Assembly: GCA_001600815.1 (NCBI GenBank)
Contig: BCKZ01000029.1
Location: forward strand, 62,001-126,000
Direction of reading: 5' to 3'
DNA length: 64,000 bases
DNA from: Alloascoidea hylecoeti
Taxonomy: Eukaryota
This document shows positions 1 through 12,299 of the stretch, piece after piece. Both the position numbers and the translations under genes were made by a program. Below the pieces are notes generated by a model, which searched no databases, was not told the DNA's origin, and saw nothing but the letters and a program-made list of their open reading frames with translations. How positions within the stretch are numbered: the first letter of the stretch is position 1; every line of letters starts with the position of its first letter.

Positions 1-339
1 ACAAAAAATTCTGCTAACATTTATTTAGTATCGTAAAGAACGTAAAAACACTTCTTCATGATTCGTCTAACTGACGTCTCTAAGTTGGCAGTTATATTTT
101 GGTTGAATGGCTCAAAACAACCTACTCATAACCTCGTATTACACTATGGTTAACATGTGTTTAGATACGAAATTCTCTAGATCTAATGTTTAGTTAATGC
201 TACAGGTTTCAACTCCAAATTCTACAATTCAAAAACACAATTATTGAAAAATTCAAGATCTGATAATGATATATTAGATCTACCCCATAATTTAAAAAAA
301 TAAATATCCCTTCCAATTCCAATTCCAATTCCTATAAAA

Positions 340-2478
340 TCATAATTTCACAGTTAAAAATGATACAGCTTCTCTTGCTATTTGTGTTTGTCTTTGTAAT
401 TCTCTTACAGTATAATCATTCCAATCAACAGTTATTTCGCTATATTTTTTAGTTTGATAATCAATTTGAAATTGTTTCTTTAAACCTTGTAACCTTTTCA
501 TTTCTCTTGGATCTCCTGATCCTGATGTAATTATTAAAGCAGTATTTGATGGTAAATTATCATATAATTTTTGTACTCTTGAATTTATATTTTCTTTAAC
601 TTTTAATATATTTTGTGGTGATGATGGTGGTGTTAAATCTTGATTTCTTGTTGATGATTGTGAATTACCACCATTACTATCATGAGGAGTTGCCCATCCT
701 ACAGCATATTCTAATTCTCTTAATCTACCCAAAACAAAATCATGAACTTCAACAGTTGCTAAAATTCCATTTATAATTTCATCATCATTCATACAACAAA
801 CACAAGTATCAATATTATCACGATACATTGGTTTTGGTGTATATTCAATAACTGCTGATTTTCTTGATTCACCAAATCTATTTGGTGATCTTGATAATCT
901 TGAAAATATGTTTTCATCATTTTGTAATTTTCCAAAACATGAACCATATTCTAATTTTCCTTTTATTAAATCAAGACATGCAATTGAATCTTCAATTGAT
1001 GAATGTCCATCATAATTTGATTGAATTATTCTAAATAAATATGATTTTGAAAGATATCTTAATGATGGTTTTGGTAATCCAAATGTACCAAAAATAATTG
1101 ATGTATCAATTACATTTAAATGAATTAATTTTAATACTTTAAAATCATTTTCTAATGAATGACCAATTAATATATCATTTTTATCAATTATTTTTAAAAA
1201 TTTTAATTGAATATCTTTTAAATTTGTTTTAACATTTAAAAGTAATTCTTTTGTTATACCTGAATATCTTGTAACGTAATCAATAATTTCTTCTTCTGGT
1301 TTAACTAATTCATCAATAATTGTTTCTCCTTGCCAATTAACTAATGATACTCTTGTTAAAACACTACCACTTTTAGCTCTACACATTTCACAATCTAATG
1401 CATATATGTGTCTTTCTTCATCGGGATCACTAAGTGTTTGTGTAATGACCCAGCCTTCTTCTAAATCAAGGGTATCTCTAGTTGGATAATCATTTTCCGT
1501 AAATTCATGCGGTTGCATAAGTAAATCCTCTATAGTTAATTTTGAACTATTGTTATTACTATTATTTGAAGATGATGAAGTGAATGTCATTTTATCCTTT
1601 TTCGGTATTGGAACGGTTAGGATAGAGTTTATAGGTGAATGTAGAGTTTCCCGGGATCCAGGGGCCCGAGTAGGCCAAATGTGAGAGAAATGGTTGAATG
1701 CTGATAACTGAGGTATTGGGTTGATAGGAATAGGAGATAAAGATTCGATTACAGGTGTAGAGTGCCCAAAATCAGTTGCTGATAATCCAGGAATAAGAAG
1801 AAATACAACATGTTTTATGGCCGTCCGATTCTATTAATATTCATCGTTTATGATTAATATCTAGAATGAAGATATAAAAAAATTAAAAGATTATAAACTT
1901 ACCACCACGCTTATCCAAGTAGGAGCTATACCATCTGATAAAATCCACAAAACTAAATCCCGGAGATCCTAAAGTGATAAATTAGCACTCTTATCGTTAA
2001 GAAAATATATATTGCGATGACTTACTTTTAAACTTATCTTCCTAGCTAATTGCACCCCAAAGTTGAAAGCAGGAGGATCAACAACGATACTCCGTTTTTT
2101 TTTTCCTTGAGGAGGAGTAAAACTCTTCCTTTTACCTTTTTTAGAATTATTTTTCGTGATTATGAATTCCATCAAAGTATGTTCATTATTTTGAGAAGAG
2201 GCGGAAGCTGGAAATGACGTGCGATTGGAATTGTATAGGGGTTCGGGTGAGAAAGTATTGTGGGAACATGAAGGCGATGGAAGTGGTCTGTCTTCCCCAC
2301 CATATTCTCGATCACGATAATCGGCTAATGTAGTTGGTTTTGATATTTTTGATTTATTTTTGGTATCTGACCTGTCACTTGTTTTTATATGGTCCCGCCT
2401 GGAAGAAATTGGTATTGGTTTTTTAGAACGAGGTTTTAAGATGCTCGAGTCAGACCTTTTGCGAGGATGCCGGGCCAT
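340..2478 (-). CDS. REX1: DEDDh 3'-5' RNA exonuclease, Rex1/Rnh70 family; exons 2478-2026, 1968-1903, 1830-340
   Basis: ExoI 'YALDCEM', ExoII 'LIGHSLENDF' and ExoIII 'GHSSIEDSIAC' motifs. Two GTAAGT...AG introns (2025-1969 with GCTAAT branch; 1902-1831) join the ORF-track pieces in frame (..RKISLK|DLRDLVLWILSDGIAPTWISVV|NRTAIKHVVFLLIPGL..). Confidence 0.9.
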
Positions 2479-2697
2479 TTTTGTGATTAATGGCTGGACG
2501 ATGGTTGGAGGGTGGATATTTGTAGAGATACGTGGTGTTATACAAATTTTATATGGAAAGCTGGAAATTGTTTTTGTCTATGATGGGTGCAGAGAATTTT
2601 AAATTCTGTAAACCTACAACAATACGAAAACACAGTTGTTTATCTATAATATTTACAAATACAACCACAACTGTAAGCAAATTATTGAAGTATATAT

Positions 2698-4668
2698 TTA
2701 CCTCAATGTTCCACTGGACGGCCTTCCTTTCTTCTTTTCCAATAAAGCCTGGAAAAAATTAGTTAAAACCTCTTGTTGCGATCCCGAAGAAGGGGAATTC
2801 AAACTCGACATATGTTTGGTCGTTGTTGATGTAGGTGTTATATCTCCAGATTCCTAATTATAATGGTTTCTAAGTTAGTAAATAATTATGGTTATGATAT
2901 TTTATATATAAATTTAATATATTATATTCATACCCTTAATCGTCTTAGTGTTTTTTTAGTATCAACTGCTGAATTTATTGGCATTTCATCTTCAGAACTT
3001 GGTGAATATGGTTGATTCATTTCTAATCTTTTATTTTCCCTTTCCGTTTCATCTTGTAAAAATTCATAATTATCAGCTAGAAATTTAGGGAAATCAATTA
3101 CATGAAGTCCCAAATCTTCTGATTCTGGTGATTTCTTTGATGATATTCTTGGAACCATGTTATTAAATTCTTTAAGTAAAGCAGAATCAGTATTAAATTC
3201 AGTTGATACAGAAACGTGTAAATTATTAATATTCGTTTCATTATCTTCTTGTGGTGGTTCTTGAGTAATAGAAGTAAGTGAAGACCATTCTTTTGAAATT
3301 GTTTCAATTTTAAAACTGGAATCAAGTGCTAATATTTTACCCCATGAATCCCATCCAGGTATCGTTAATAAATCCGTTCGAGTAACTCCATTAGGTTTTA
3401 ATTCCTGGATATCATAAGTAGGAGGTGCTATTGGTAATGAGAGAACTTCAGATATAAGACGACACATTACATCTTTATCTGTATCTTTGTATCGAGGAAG
3501 ATAAATAACAGAACCACCATCTAGGGAAATTCATCAAAAATATTAGCTTTGAAATAGTAATGTTTGATAGTAGTTCACTTACGTTTTAGTGAAATGGTTC
3601 TTAATATTTGTTGGATATAATCGAATGTTTTATCTTTCCATCCTCTTTCTCGTTCCAATTCCACAATATTATCGGACTTTCAAATAAAAAAGAATTAGAA
3701 TGTAGTAAACAATCTTATGATGAACAAATATAAAATAAAATAACACATAGATTTTCGCAATTTTGTAATTACTTACCTCAATTGTTGCAATAATTAGATT
3801 AACTGCTAACGGATCATCACATTGTCCTTTATCAAGTGGTAAATCGATATCTTTAACAGATGCTGTTATTCCATCCAAGTTATTACCAGATCTAGCTTGT
3901 ATTCTTTGCTTCACTATAAATAAACATCATTTTAATTAGTTTTCAATCAATTGTTTATATACATTTTAAAGCTTAAGGTTAAATAAAGTACTTACATTTC
4001 TCATTTGATTTTGCAATATCGATATCGTCACATTTTGATAAAACAACACGTAAGAATCGAATCCAACTAGATAATAAAACTAACCAATCATTTGGTTCTT
4101 CATTCCAATCCATTAGAAATATTACTGAAAGTTGATCAGCAAGTATTACCCCTTGATCAAGAAAATGTCGATTGAATAATGAAACAACAAATGGAAGGTT
4201 ATAATCTTCTGCTGGACCAGGGATTGTATAAATATCGAGTTTTGAAAGTGTATCTATAGACAATATAAGGTCGATGAATTAATTATATGAATATGATAGG
4301 AATTAATATTATTGAAAGTCTTACCGTTATTTTCAACATCTTTAAATTGATAATAGGTATATCCTAAAGAAAAAGCATTTGCAACTTCAGGTAAAACTTC
4401 TTTAGCAACATCTATAATCGCATAAGAAGTTTTCCGTGTACTTGCGTAAAACGGAGATGTTTCAATATGATGTGGAGCAACACGTATTCGATTTATGAAC
4501 TCAATTTGCGATGTTGGAGTTCCTCCTAAAATATAATTAAGTTAGATAACAAATAAAACAGTAGATTTATACGTGTTACCTACCAAAAATTAAAAGGGTT
4601 TTCAGGGGAGGTTGTCTTGATGATTGAACAGAACTTAGGAGAGATGTCCAAATACTGCTTTCTGTCAT
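2698..4668 (-). CDS. Cytoplasmic dynein light intermediate chain (~505 aa); exons 4668-4584, 4525-4325, 4253-3996, 3913-3777, 3676-3583, 3520-2934, 2853-2698
   Basis: Six GT-AG introns spliced by hand give one open frame. DLIC motifs present: 'FDYIQQILRTISLKHGGSVIY', 'IPGWDSWGKI' and the C-terminal helix 'EVLTNFFQALL'. Confidence 0.85.
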
Positions 4669-4975
4669 AATTTAAGTATTTAGGCACTGGTGGTTATTCA
4701 ATTTAATGGAGGCGAAGGAATGTTTTGATTTTCCTGAAAAATCGAACTTCTACTCAAATACAATTGCAATTAATACTAGATTCTTTTCAACTTTTTTTTT
4801 ATTTTAAAATTATCCATAACTAACAATAAATATTTACAGAATCTACAAAAAATCATATAATCCACCATCTAAATAACAAATAATGCTCGAGAGTCCAAAA
4901 AGTATCCATATTTGTCTCTAATAAATACAAATTTTTAAATTTAACATAAATCTCTTGATCCCCCCATTCTCTTCA

Positions 4976-6556
4976 TCACAAATAATCACCACTATTATAT
5001 AATCCAATATCTACCTGAGCTTTAGGATCATCAAGTATATCAATAATATGCCCTGAAGTTTTTTGTTTATTAATACGTTGATTTATAGCTCTAATTCTTT
5101 CTAATTCTTTTAAATATCCTTCTTCATCACCAGTAACATATTTCCCAGTAAAAACACCAACTTCAAATTTATTAATATCACCACGAGAACATGCAGTAAT
5201 TAAATCATCAAGTTTTTGATAAATAACTTTATCAGCACCAATTTCAGTAGCAATTTCTTCTTCATTTCTACCATGAGCAACTAATGCTCTTGAATCAGCT
5301 AAATCAATACCATATATATGATTATGTCTAATGGGTGGTGAACAAGAAGCAAAATATACTTTATTGGCACCAGCATCTTTAGCCATTTGAATGATTTCCT
5401 TTGAAGTAGTACCACGAACAATAGAATCATCAACAAGTAAAACATTTCTTCCTTTAAATTCAATTTCCATAGCATTTAATTTCCTTCGAACACTTGATCT
5501 TCTTAAAGCTTGATCAGGCATAATAAATGTTCGACCAACATAACGATTCTTAACAAAACCTTCTCTGTATTTCAATCCTAATCTACCAGCAGCTTCTAAT
5601 GCTGAAGTACGGGCTGTATCTGGGACAGGTATAACAACATCAATTTCTTTCAACATTTTTTCTTTACCACCAAAAGATTCTATAATAGTATCTGCTAATT
5701 TTTCACCCATTGCTAAACGTGCTCTATAGACAGACATACCATCTTGAACAGAATCAGGTCTTGCAAAATAAACATATTCAAAAATATCAGGAGTATATGA
5801 TTTTGGCTCAACAATTTGTTTATAAACTGGTTTCATTGTATCTTTTGGAATAACAACAGCTTGACCAGGTTTTATATCTTTCCATTTCTTAAACCCATGA
5901 GCATCCAAAACCACCGACTCACTAGATAACATATAATCAACGGTACCATTTTCATTTTGTCTCTCACCAATGAGTAATGGCCTTATTCCATGAGGATCTC
6001 GAAATCCAATAACTGCATAACCGGCTAAAAGACCCGTACAAGCATAAGCACCACGACATAAACGATATACGGCACCAAGAGCATGGAATAAATCATCAAC
6101 GTTAACTCTTCGTTTATCATATTTTTCCAACTCACTAGCAAAAATATTAATCAATAATTCCGAGTCGGAATCAGTATTAATATGTCTATGAACAACCTCA
6201 TCCAAATATTTTCGTAAATCAGGTGCATTAACCAAATTACCATTATGACTCAAAGAAATACCATATGGAGAATTAACATAAAAAGGTTGAGCTTCAGAAT
6301 TTGCTGAAGAACCGGCAGTAGGATATCTCAAATGAACTAATCCCATGTTTCCAACAAGACCTTTCAATCGTGATTCGGTGAAAACATCCTTGGCCATACC
6401 ATTACCTTTACATTGATATAAACGGCCATGAACACCACAAGTGACTATTCCAGCAGCATCTTGACCTCGATGTTGGAGAAACATAGCACCATCAAAGAGT
6501 TCCGGGGCAGCATTACCATTTGGGTCTGCTAGACAAAGTCCTAAAATTCCGCACAT
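4976..6556 (-). CDS. ADE4: Amidophosphoribosyltransferase
   Basis: N-terminal MCGILG (Ntn nucleophile Cys), LQHRGQDAAG, HLRYPTAGS, PRPP-binding VLLVDDSIVRGTTS. Confidence 0.98.
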   Translation of the reverse strand: MCGILGLCLADPNGNAAPELFDGAMFLQHRGQDAAGIVTCGVHGRLYQCKGNGMAKDVFTESRLKGLVGNMGLVHLRYPTAGSSANSEAQPFYVNSPYGISLSHNGNLVNAPDLRKYLDEVVHRHINTDSDSELLINIFASELEKYDKRRVNVDDLFHALGAVYRLCRGAYACTGLLAGYAVIGFRDPHGIRPLLIGERQNENGTVDYMLSSESVVLDAHGFKKWKDIKPGQAVVIPKDTMKPVYKQIVEPKSYTPDIFEYVYFARPDSVQDGMSVYRARLAMGEKLADTIIESFGGKEKMLKEIDVVIPVPDTARTSALEAAGRLGLKYREGFVKNRYVGRTFIMPDQALRRSSVRRKLNAMEIEFKGRNVLLVDDSIVRGTTSKEIIQMAKDAGANKVYFASCSPPIRHNHIYGIDLADSRALVAHGRNEEEIATEIGADKVIYQKLDDLITACSRGDINKFEVGVFTGKYVTGDEEGYLKELERIRAINQRINKQKTSGHIIDILDDPKAQVDIGLYNSGDYL

Positions 6557-6768
6557 CTATTAAAATTATTAGTTTATATGAACTTAAAAAATGAAAAAAA
6601 TTTCACTTTTTTTTTTCAAAGAGACAAAGATCAACAAATCAGAACAAAAGATGTTTTCCTCAAAAAAATTCAGAAGTCTAACGTTTATAAAAGAATCTTT
6701 AAAATCATCATGTAATGGATCTTTGATCTCTCTTTTTAAAAAAAAGAAGAATTGAATGATTAACATAC
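6557..6768 (-). other. Predicted 5'-UTR intron of ADE4 ending directly at the ATG
   Basis: Minus strand: GTATGT donor at 6768-6763, ACTAAT branch-like motif near 6570, and TAATAG|ATGTGC at the start codon. Confidence 0.65.
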
Positions 6769-7571
6769 CTATGAAAATTTAGGAATAGTTCCCAAGAAGA
6801 AGAAGAAAGAAATTAAAATTTTCAGAAAAATAAATTTAAATGTAAAACTCACCAATTATGTCATGGTTTATGTAAGAGAAAATTCAAATGATTGCTTACT
6901 AATGAATGCCGCTGTAATTACATAATCTAAAGTTATATCTCATATTTCTTATAAAAAGCTACCCGAGCCTAAACTTTTTGTGCTCGAAAGCGTTCGTGAA
7001 GGCCAAATTCGGGGACGAGCTGCTTATATATATTTATAACTACTATTTTGAAAATTTTGGATGTTCGTTTTGAGCTCGCGAAATAAGATTCAATATAATT
7101 TCAAAGAATTTCTTTCACAAAGTTGATCATAGCGGTTTGCTACTATAATTAGCACCATTTAATACTGTGATAATTGTATGACATAATTATAAGCTGTTCG
7201 TGTGCTCAGTCCGTAAGCTCGTATTTTTGAAATTTAATCTGCTCGGTTCGTCAATGCGTCCTGCTCAGCGATTGGCGGCTTAGGTGGTGGTAGTTATATT
7301 TTATTAGAAAATTAGACATATCAAATATAGGTCTACAAAAATGAAATATTTAATCCATCGCAGGTTATCATTGCAGCTTAGAATTGTCATTCTGCAAACC
7401 ATTAGAGTCATGATTATTAAGACTTTCAAAAGAACCCTTCGTTATTTAATTAAGCAGCTATTAATTATTGTGTTACAGACCCCGCTAACATTCTTGATTA
7501 AGTTTGCTATTGTATTTTTATTTTATGCTTGTAAGTTTATTATTCACAAATTTACTAAACCTTAAGACAAA

Positions 7572-8450
7572 ATGGGTGAAAATACCCCTATCTTTTTAAA
7601 TATATATATACCACAAAATGATAAGTACTTGTAGAATTATTCGTCAAACTTGAGTGAGATATTTCACACAACTGTAATTCTAGAAAGAAACTTCAACCAG
7701 CAAGGTGGATTTAATCTGTAATATCAATCTAAGTGAAGATATGATTTCTTAATAGCCAAAATAAGCTTAAGAAAATATTAACTCTTCAACTAGGCAGTTC
7801 AGTATATAACAAATTATTATTAACAACGTAATTTCCTGTAGACCAATAAGACCACACAAGATCACTTCAGAAAACGCTTGAATATATGGAGCATTTACGG
7901 CTCGTAAAAAGCCGTTTATAAATGAGAAGATCTGGAATAACAAAAGGATAAAAGGGCTCTAAATATAGATTGGAGTGATTGTAGGACGTTTAATATGCTA
8001 TAATTATGTTATTCAGTGATAAATGTTTGGTCATTACAGGATGCGAATCCGAGAAATGTGTGATCGACAACCAACCTTCAGGTCAGTTCTTTGAACTTTA
8101 AGATATTTACAGCGTTACAAAACATAAGGAAGTATTATCTTATGGTATGGAGCACAAGGATGTCGTATTACTGCTATAAACTGTAAGCTCTAGAGGGGTT
8201 GGAGGCCCCTGAATCCCTATGAAAACACAAATAGGATCAGCCGCACGTTCCTACATATAATTGTAACCATTTTAAAAAGCGCGTAATGAGATTCATTAGG
8301 GTGCCATATCCAAACAGAGTAAGACACCAATCTATAAGACTACATAGTCACGATAAGGTGGCTTTACGACAAGGAGATAGACGTGTTGGAATACCTGATT
8401 ATGCATTTAAAAACTTTAGAAGGTGCATCAACCACAAGGCGGAACTTAAG
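7572..8450 (+). mobile_element. Degenerate Tc1/impala-like transposase relic
   Basis: Manual translation across stops and frameshifts gives ordered Tc1 motifs: ARKKPFI (~7900), LFSDKC (for FSDEC, ~8010), LMVW (~8140), AARSYI (~8240), GAISKQSKTPIY (for IFxQDNAPIH), RWLYDKEIDVLE. Shares CGCACGTTCCTAC with the 63-kb relic. Confidence 0.7.
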
Positions 8451-9662
8451 ATTATGAGTTTTCCACCAGTGTAGATTCATCCCCTGTAGAACTTAGAAGT
8501 AAGTAAAGAAATATATATATGTATCTATATTATTTGAGCCTCTTTCAATGAGTAGCAGCCGTTCGTGAGTAGTTAAGAGCGCTAACATTACATATTACAT
8601 TTAAAATGTCATTTGATGAGGCTAATGGAATATCTAGGATCTACGCGGAAAATGTAATATATATATATATATATTTTAAGAACAGTTGAAGGTCTTGTGG
8701 AGAATTCAATGGCTGATTATAGGATAGAATTTTTTGGAGTGGGGGTACGGAAAAAAGTAAGGTTTAATCAATGTCCGGTTGTCGATGGTAATTGGCGGAG
8801 TGGGGTTTTTGTAATTGTTCGTCAATTTGCGTATGCCATTTGGATATTTAAAGTTTCCTAACTGCCTCATTTTGAAAAATTTGGATTTTAGATGTTTTTA
8901 AAATTTAGTTGGTGGATCGTTGAGAGTCTGTTTATGCTGAAAATTACCTTATGTAGATAATAAGTGGTAAAAATAGGTCTCATTTAGCAGCCGCGCCGAT
9001 CGTGTGCCCTCGGCCAAACACCCTTAATTGTGTATTTTGTGGTTACAAACAAGTACTATAATTACAAAAATAGAAGAATTTAAGAGTTTAAGAGTTTAAG
9101 TATTTGAACTTTGAAGTGGCTCGAGAAAGAGCGGTTATTCTTCAAAATGAAAAGTAAGGATACATACTATATCCTGGATTTGAATGTTAATGATATCAGT
9201 AAGCTAACTTACTACCTTATCATGCCAAGAATATGTTGCACTAATAATAATAAGTTAATAACTATAAAAAAAGTCTCCAATTGGAGGAAACTGCCTTAGA
9301 TATGGACTTGGCTAGATATGCGTTAAGTAATTTTATTATTTTATGTAAAATTGTATAATATGGAATAAAGTGAATGTATAAGCTAAAAGTGGCAGTGAGA
9401 ACATATAGATAACGGCCTGCAGGGCTTCGATTGGTTATTTATTTGAAGTGGCTCTTAATTATGTGACCACCAGTCCCTGCAGATAATGGAAGAAATCTTA
9501 ATATTAATCTTCTTTAAAATATATAACTTTCTTTTAATTTTAAAATTTTCCCTCCCTGTTTGCTTTGTCATCTGAAATATTATTATTTATTTAAATTAAA
9601 CCAATTTCCCACTTTTTTTTGGAAATCGGATTTTCTTTTAAGTTGATACCATAATCTTCAGA

Positions 9663-11339
9663 ATGCAGAACGATCTTGAAAAAAATAGTTATGATACCCA
9701 TTCTGAACAAAATGAACGAAATGATACAGCTCAAGGTCATACGGAATTAAAAAGGGATCTTAAAGCCCGACACATTACAATGATTGCAATTGGTGGTGCA
9801 ATTGGTACTGGCCTTGTCATTGGTACTGGTTCTGCTTTAGCTTCTGCAGGACCAGCCTCTGTTTTTATTGCTTATTCTCTTGTTGGTTTAACTGTTTATA
9901 TGGTTATGTGTGCTTTAGGTGAAATGGCCACCTATTTGCCATTACCTGATGGTTTTTCTGGTTATGCTTCTCGTTTTGTTGATCCATGTCTTGGTTTCAC
10001 CATTGGTTATACTTATTGGTTTAAGTATATCATCGTTTGCCCTAATCAATTAACAGCCGCTGCACTCGTAATGCAATACTGGGTATCTAGAGATAAAGTA
10101 AATCCAGGTGTTTGGATTACTATTCTTTATTTAATTGTTATATTCATTAATTATTTTGGTGTTAAATTTTTTGGTGAATTTGAATTTTGGTTGTCAACAT
10201 TAAAAGTCATTACAATTTTAGCATTAATTATATTATTATTGGTTATTGCTTTAGGTGGTGCACCAAATCATGATAGAACTGGATTTAGATTTTGGAAAGA
10301 TCCTGGTGCTTTTAAAGAATATACAAAATCTGCTGATAATATTCATATCCGTGGAGCAGAAGGACGTTTTGTTTCTTTTGCTTCTGTTTTAGTAACTGCT
10401 GTTTTTGCTTATTTAGGTACTGAATTGGTTGGTGTTACTGTTGGTGAAGCGCAAAATCCAAGAAGAAATATTCCAAGAGCAATTAAATTGACTTTTTATC
10501 GTATTTGTGTTTTTTATTGTGTTTCCGTTTTCTTATTAGGAATGTGTGTTGCTTATGATGATAAAGGATTAGTATTTGCAACAAAAAGTTCAACTTCTGC
10601 TTCTGCTTCACCATTTGTCGTTGCAATTAAAAATGCTAAAATTGGTGGATTAGATCATGTTTTAAATGCTTGTATTTTATTATTTGTTTTTTCAGCAACA
10701 AATTCAGATCTTTATATTGCAACAAGAACTTTATATGGTTTAGCTGTTAATGGTAAAGCACCAAAAATTTTTAAACATACAAATAAAAATGGTGTTCCAG
10801 TTTATGCATTAGGATTTTCATCATTATTTTGCTTTTTAGCTTATATGAATTGTTCAGATTCTTCAAAAACTGTTTTTGGTTATTTTGTTAATTTAGTTTC
10901 AATTTTTGGTTTATTAACTTGGGTTTCAATTCTTGTATCGCATATTGGATTTATGAATTGTGTTAAAGCTCAAGGTTTAGAAGATAAATTGGTTTATAGA
11001 GCACCCTTTCAACCATATGGAACATATATTTCTCTTGCTTTTTGTATTTTAATTTGCTTTATTAAAAACTTTACAGTTTTTATTGGTACTTTTGATTATA
11101 AAAATTTTATAACTGGTTACTTGGGTATACCTTTATATTTAATTTTATTATTTGGTTATAAATTTATAGCGAAAAGTGAAAGAGTTATACCTGAATTTGC
11201 TGATATGGTAACAGGAAAACAGGAGATTGATGATGAAGAAGAAAGATTTGTAGAGGCAGAAAGGGAAGCTAAAGCTTCAAGAGGTGATAAGAGAGATGGA
11301 AGATGGTTCTATGAAACGTTTATTGGTTGGATTTTCTAA
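9663..11339 (+). CDS. DIP5: Amino-acid permease (APC/YAT family), dicarboxylic amino acid permease-like
   Basis: LKARHITMIAIGGAIGTGL, GEFEFWLS, GTELVGVTVGEAQNPR, Dip5-type 'DKVNPGVWI'; multiple hydrophobic transmembrane segments. Confidence 0.88.
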   Translation: MQNDLEKNSYDTHSEQNERNDTAQGHTELKRDLKARHITMIAIGGAIGTGLVIGTGSALASAGPASVFIAYSLVGLTVYMVMCALGEMATYLPLPDGFSGYASRFVDPCLGFTIGYTYWFKYIIVCPNQLTAAALVMQYWVSRDKVNPGVWITILYLIVIFINYFGVKFFGEFEFWLSTLKVITILALIILLLVIALGGAPNHDRTGFRFWKDPGAFKEYTKSADNIHIRGAEGRFVSFASVLVTAVFAYLGTELVGVTVGEAQNPRRNIPRAIKLTFYRICVFYCVSVFLLGMCVAYDDKGLVFATKSSTSASASPFVVAIKNAKIGGLDHVLNACILLFVFSATNSDLYIATRTLYGLAVNGKAPKIFKHTNKNGVPVYALGFSSLFCFLAYMNCSDSSKTVFGYFVNLVSIFGLLTWVSILVSHIGFMNCVKAQGLEDKLVYRAPFQPYGTYISLAFCILICFIKNFTVFIGTFDYKNFITGYLGIPLYLILLFGYKFIAKSERVIPEFADMVTGKQEIDDEEERFVEAEREAKASRGDKRDGRWFYETFIGWIF

Positions 11340-11834
11340 GTATAAAAGAAAAATCTATGTTATGTTACTATTTATATCCTTGCTTTATTAAAGAGTAAGG
11401 GAGTAAAAATTTGTTTTTATTTATATATCATGAGAATTTATAATATTAGTTTGTTGATCTTATATTCGCAATTGCAATTAATAATTCAATAACAATGTGT
11501 ATCTATAATGAAGTAAATTTCAATTAATATTTAATTCATTCAAAAAGACAAAACCAAAACCGGGGCATGTTGAATTTGAATTCGGACAATTAATAGTGTG
11601 CAATGCCAAAAAAAATATATTTATATTTTTATATAACCAAACTGCACGATAATGCAACGACGAAAGTAAGCTTATATTAATTTAGCTATAGAGTTCAGGT
11701 CTAAAGTAACCCCGATTCCTTAACTTAAAAAATTGACAGAACTAGTATGTAATGCATATACCTTCAATGTGAAATTCATAGATATAGTAGTAATTAAGCT
11801 TAAGAAATACGAATTCAAGCAAGCAGTAATAAAA

Positions 11835-11915
11835 CTTGCTTTATTTAGATGAATGCATGCATATGTATGCTGAGGTATTTCTTCATATCGTACTATGTAC
11901 AGTTGCATACATATT
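11835..11915 (+). repeat. Dispersed repeat copy 1 (matches 63913-63993)
   Basis: Ungapped 81-bp alignment with 63913-63993, 14 mismatches by manual count (~83% identity), same orientation. Confidence 0.85.
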
Positions 11916-12150
11916 ATCCGAAGGCACAAGAAAAAAGTTTTCCATTGTAAATTAATTTTTAATTGAAGCCCACCATACTTTAATAAAAAAACGATTATGT
12001 AGGTACGGACATCTCTTTTTATATGTAACCTCCATATTTGGATCTGTACATATACATACTTACTAAATGTGAATATGGCGGCAGACATCTAAAATATTCG
12101 TACAGAATCTACAGATACAGAGAACAGTGAATAGTGGACACCTATTCTCC
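11916..12150 (-). mobile_element. Small probable Tc1 transposase N-terminal relic
   Basis: Minus-strand translation KYVYVQIQIWR ... WWASIKN*FTMENFFLVPSD resembles the Tc1 'WA..H..WT.E.W..V.FSD' region. DNA similarity to 63634-63706. Confidence 0.4.
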
Positions 12151-12299
12151 TATGGATGGGTAACTGCATCATATGTTCATGTGCATATACATATATACTA
12201 TATATAGTAATTTATTTAATACATGCATTACATACAAAAATTAAGCTTAAGAATAAATTCTTCTAAATGCTCCAAATATCAACTTTCAATGATTACCTT

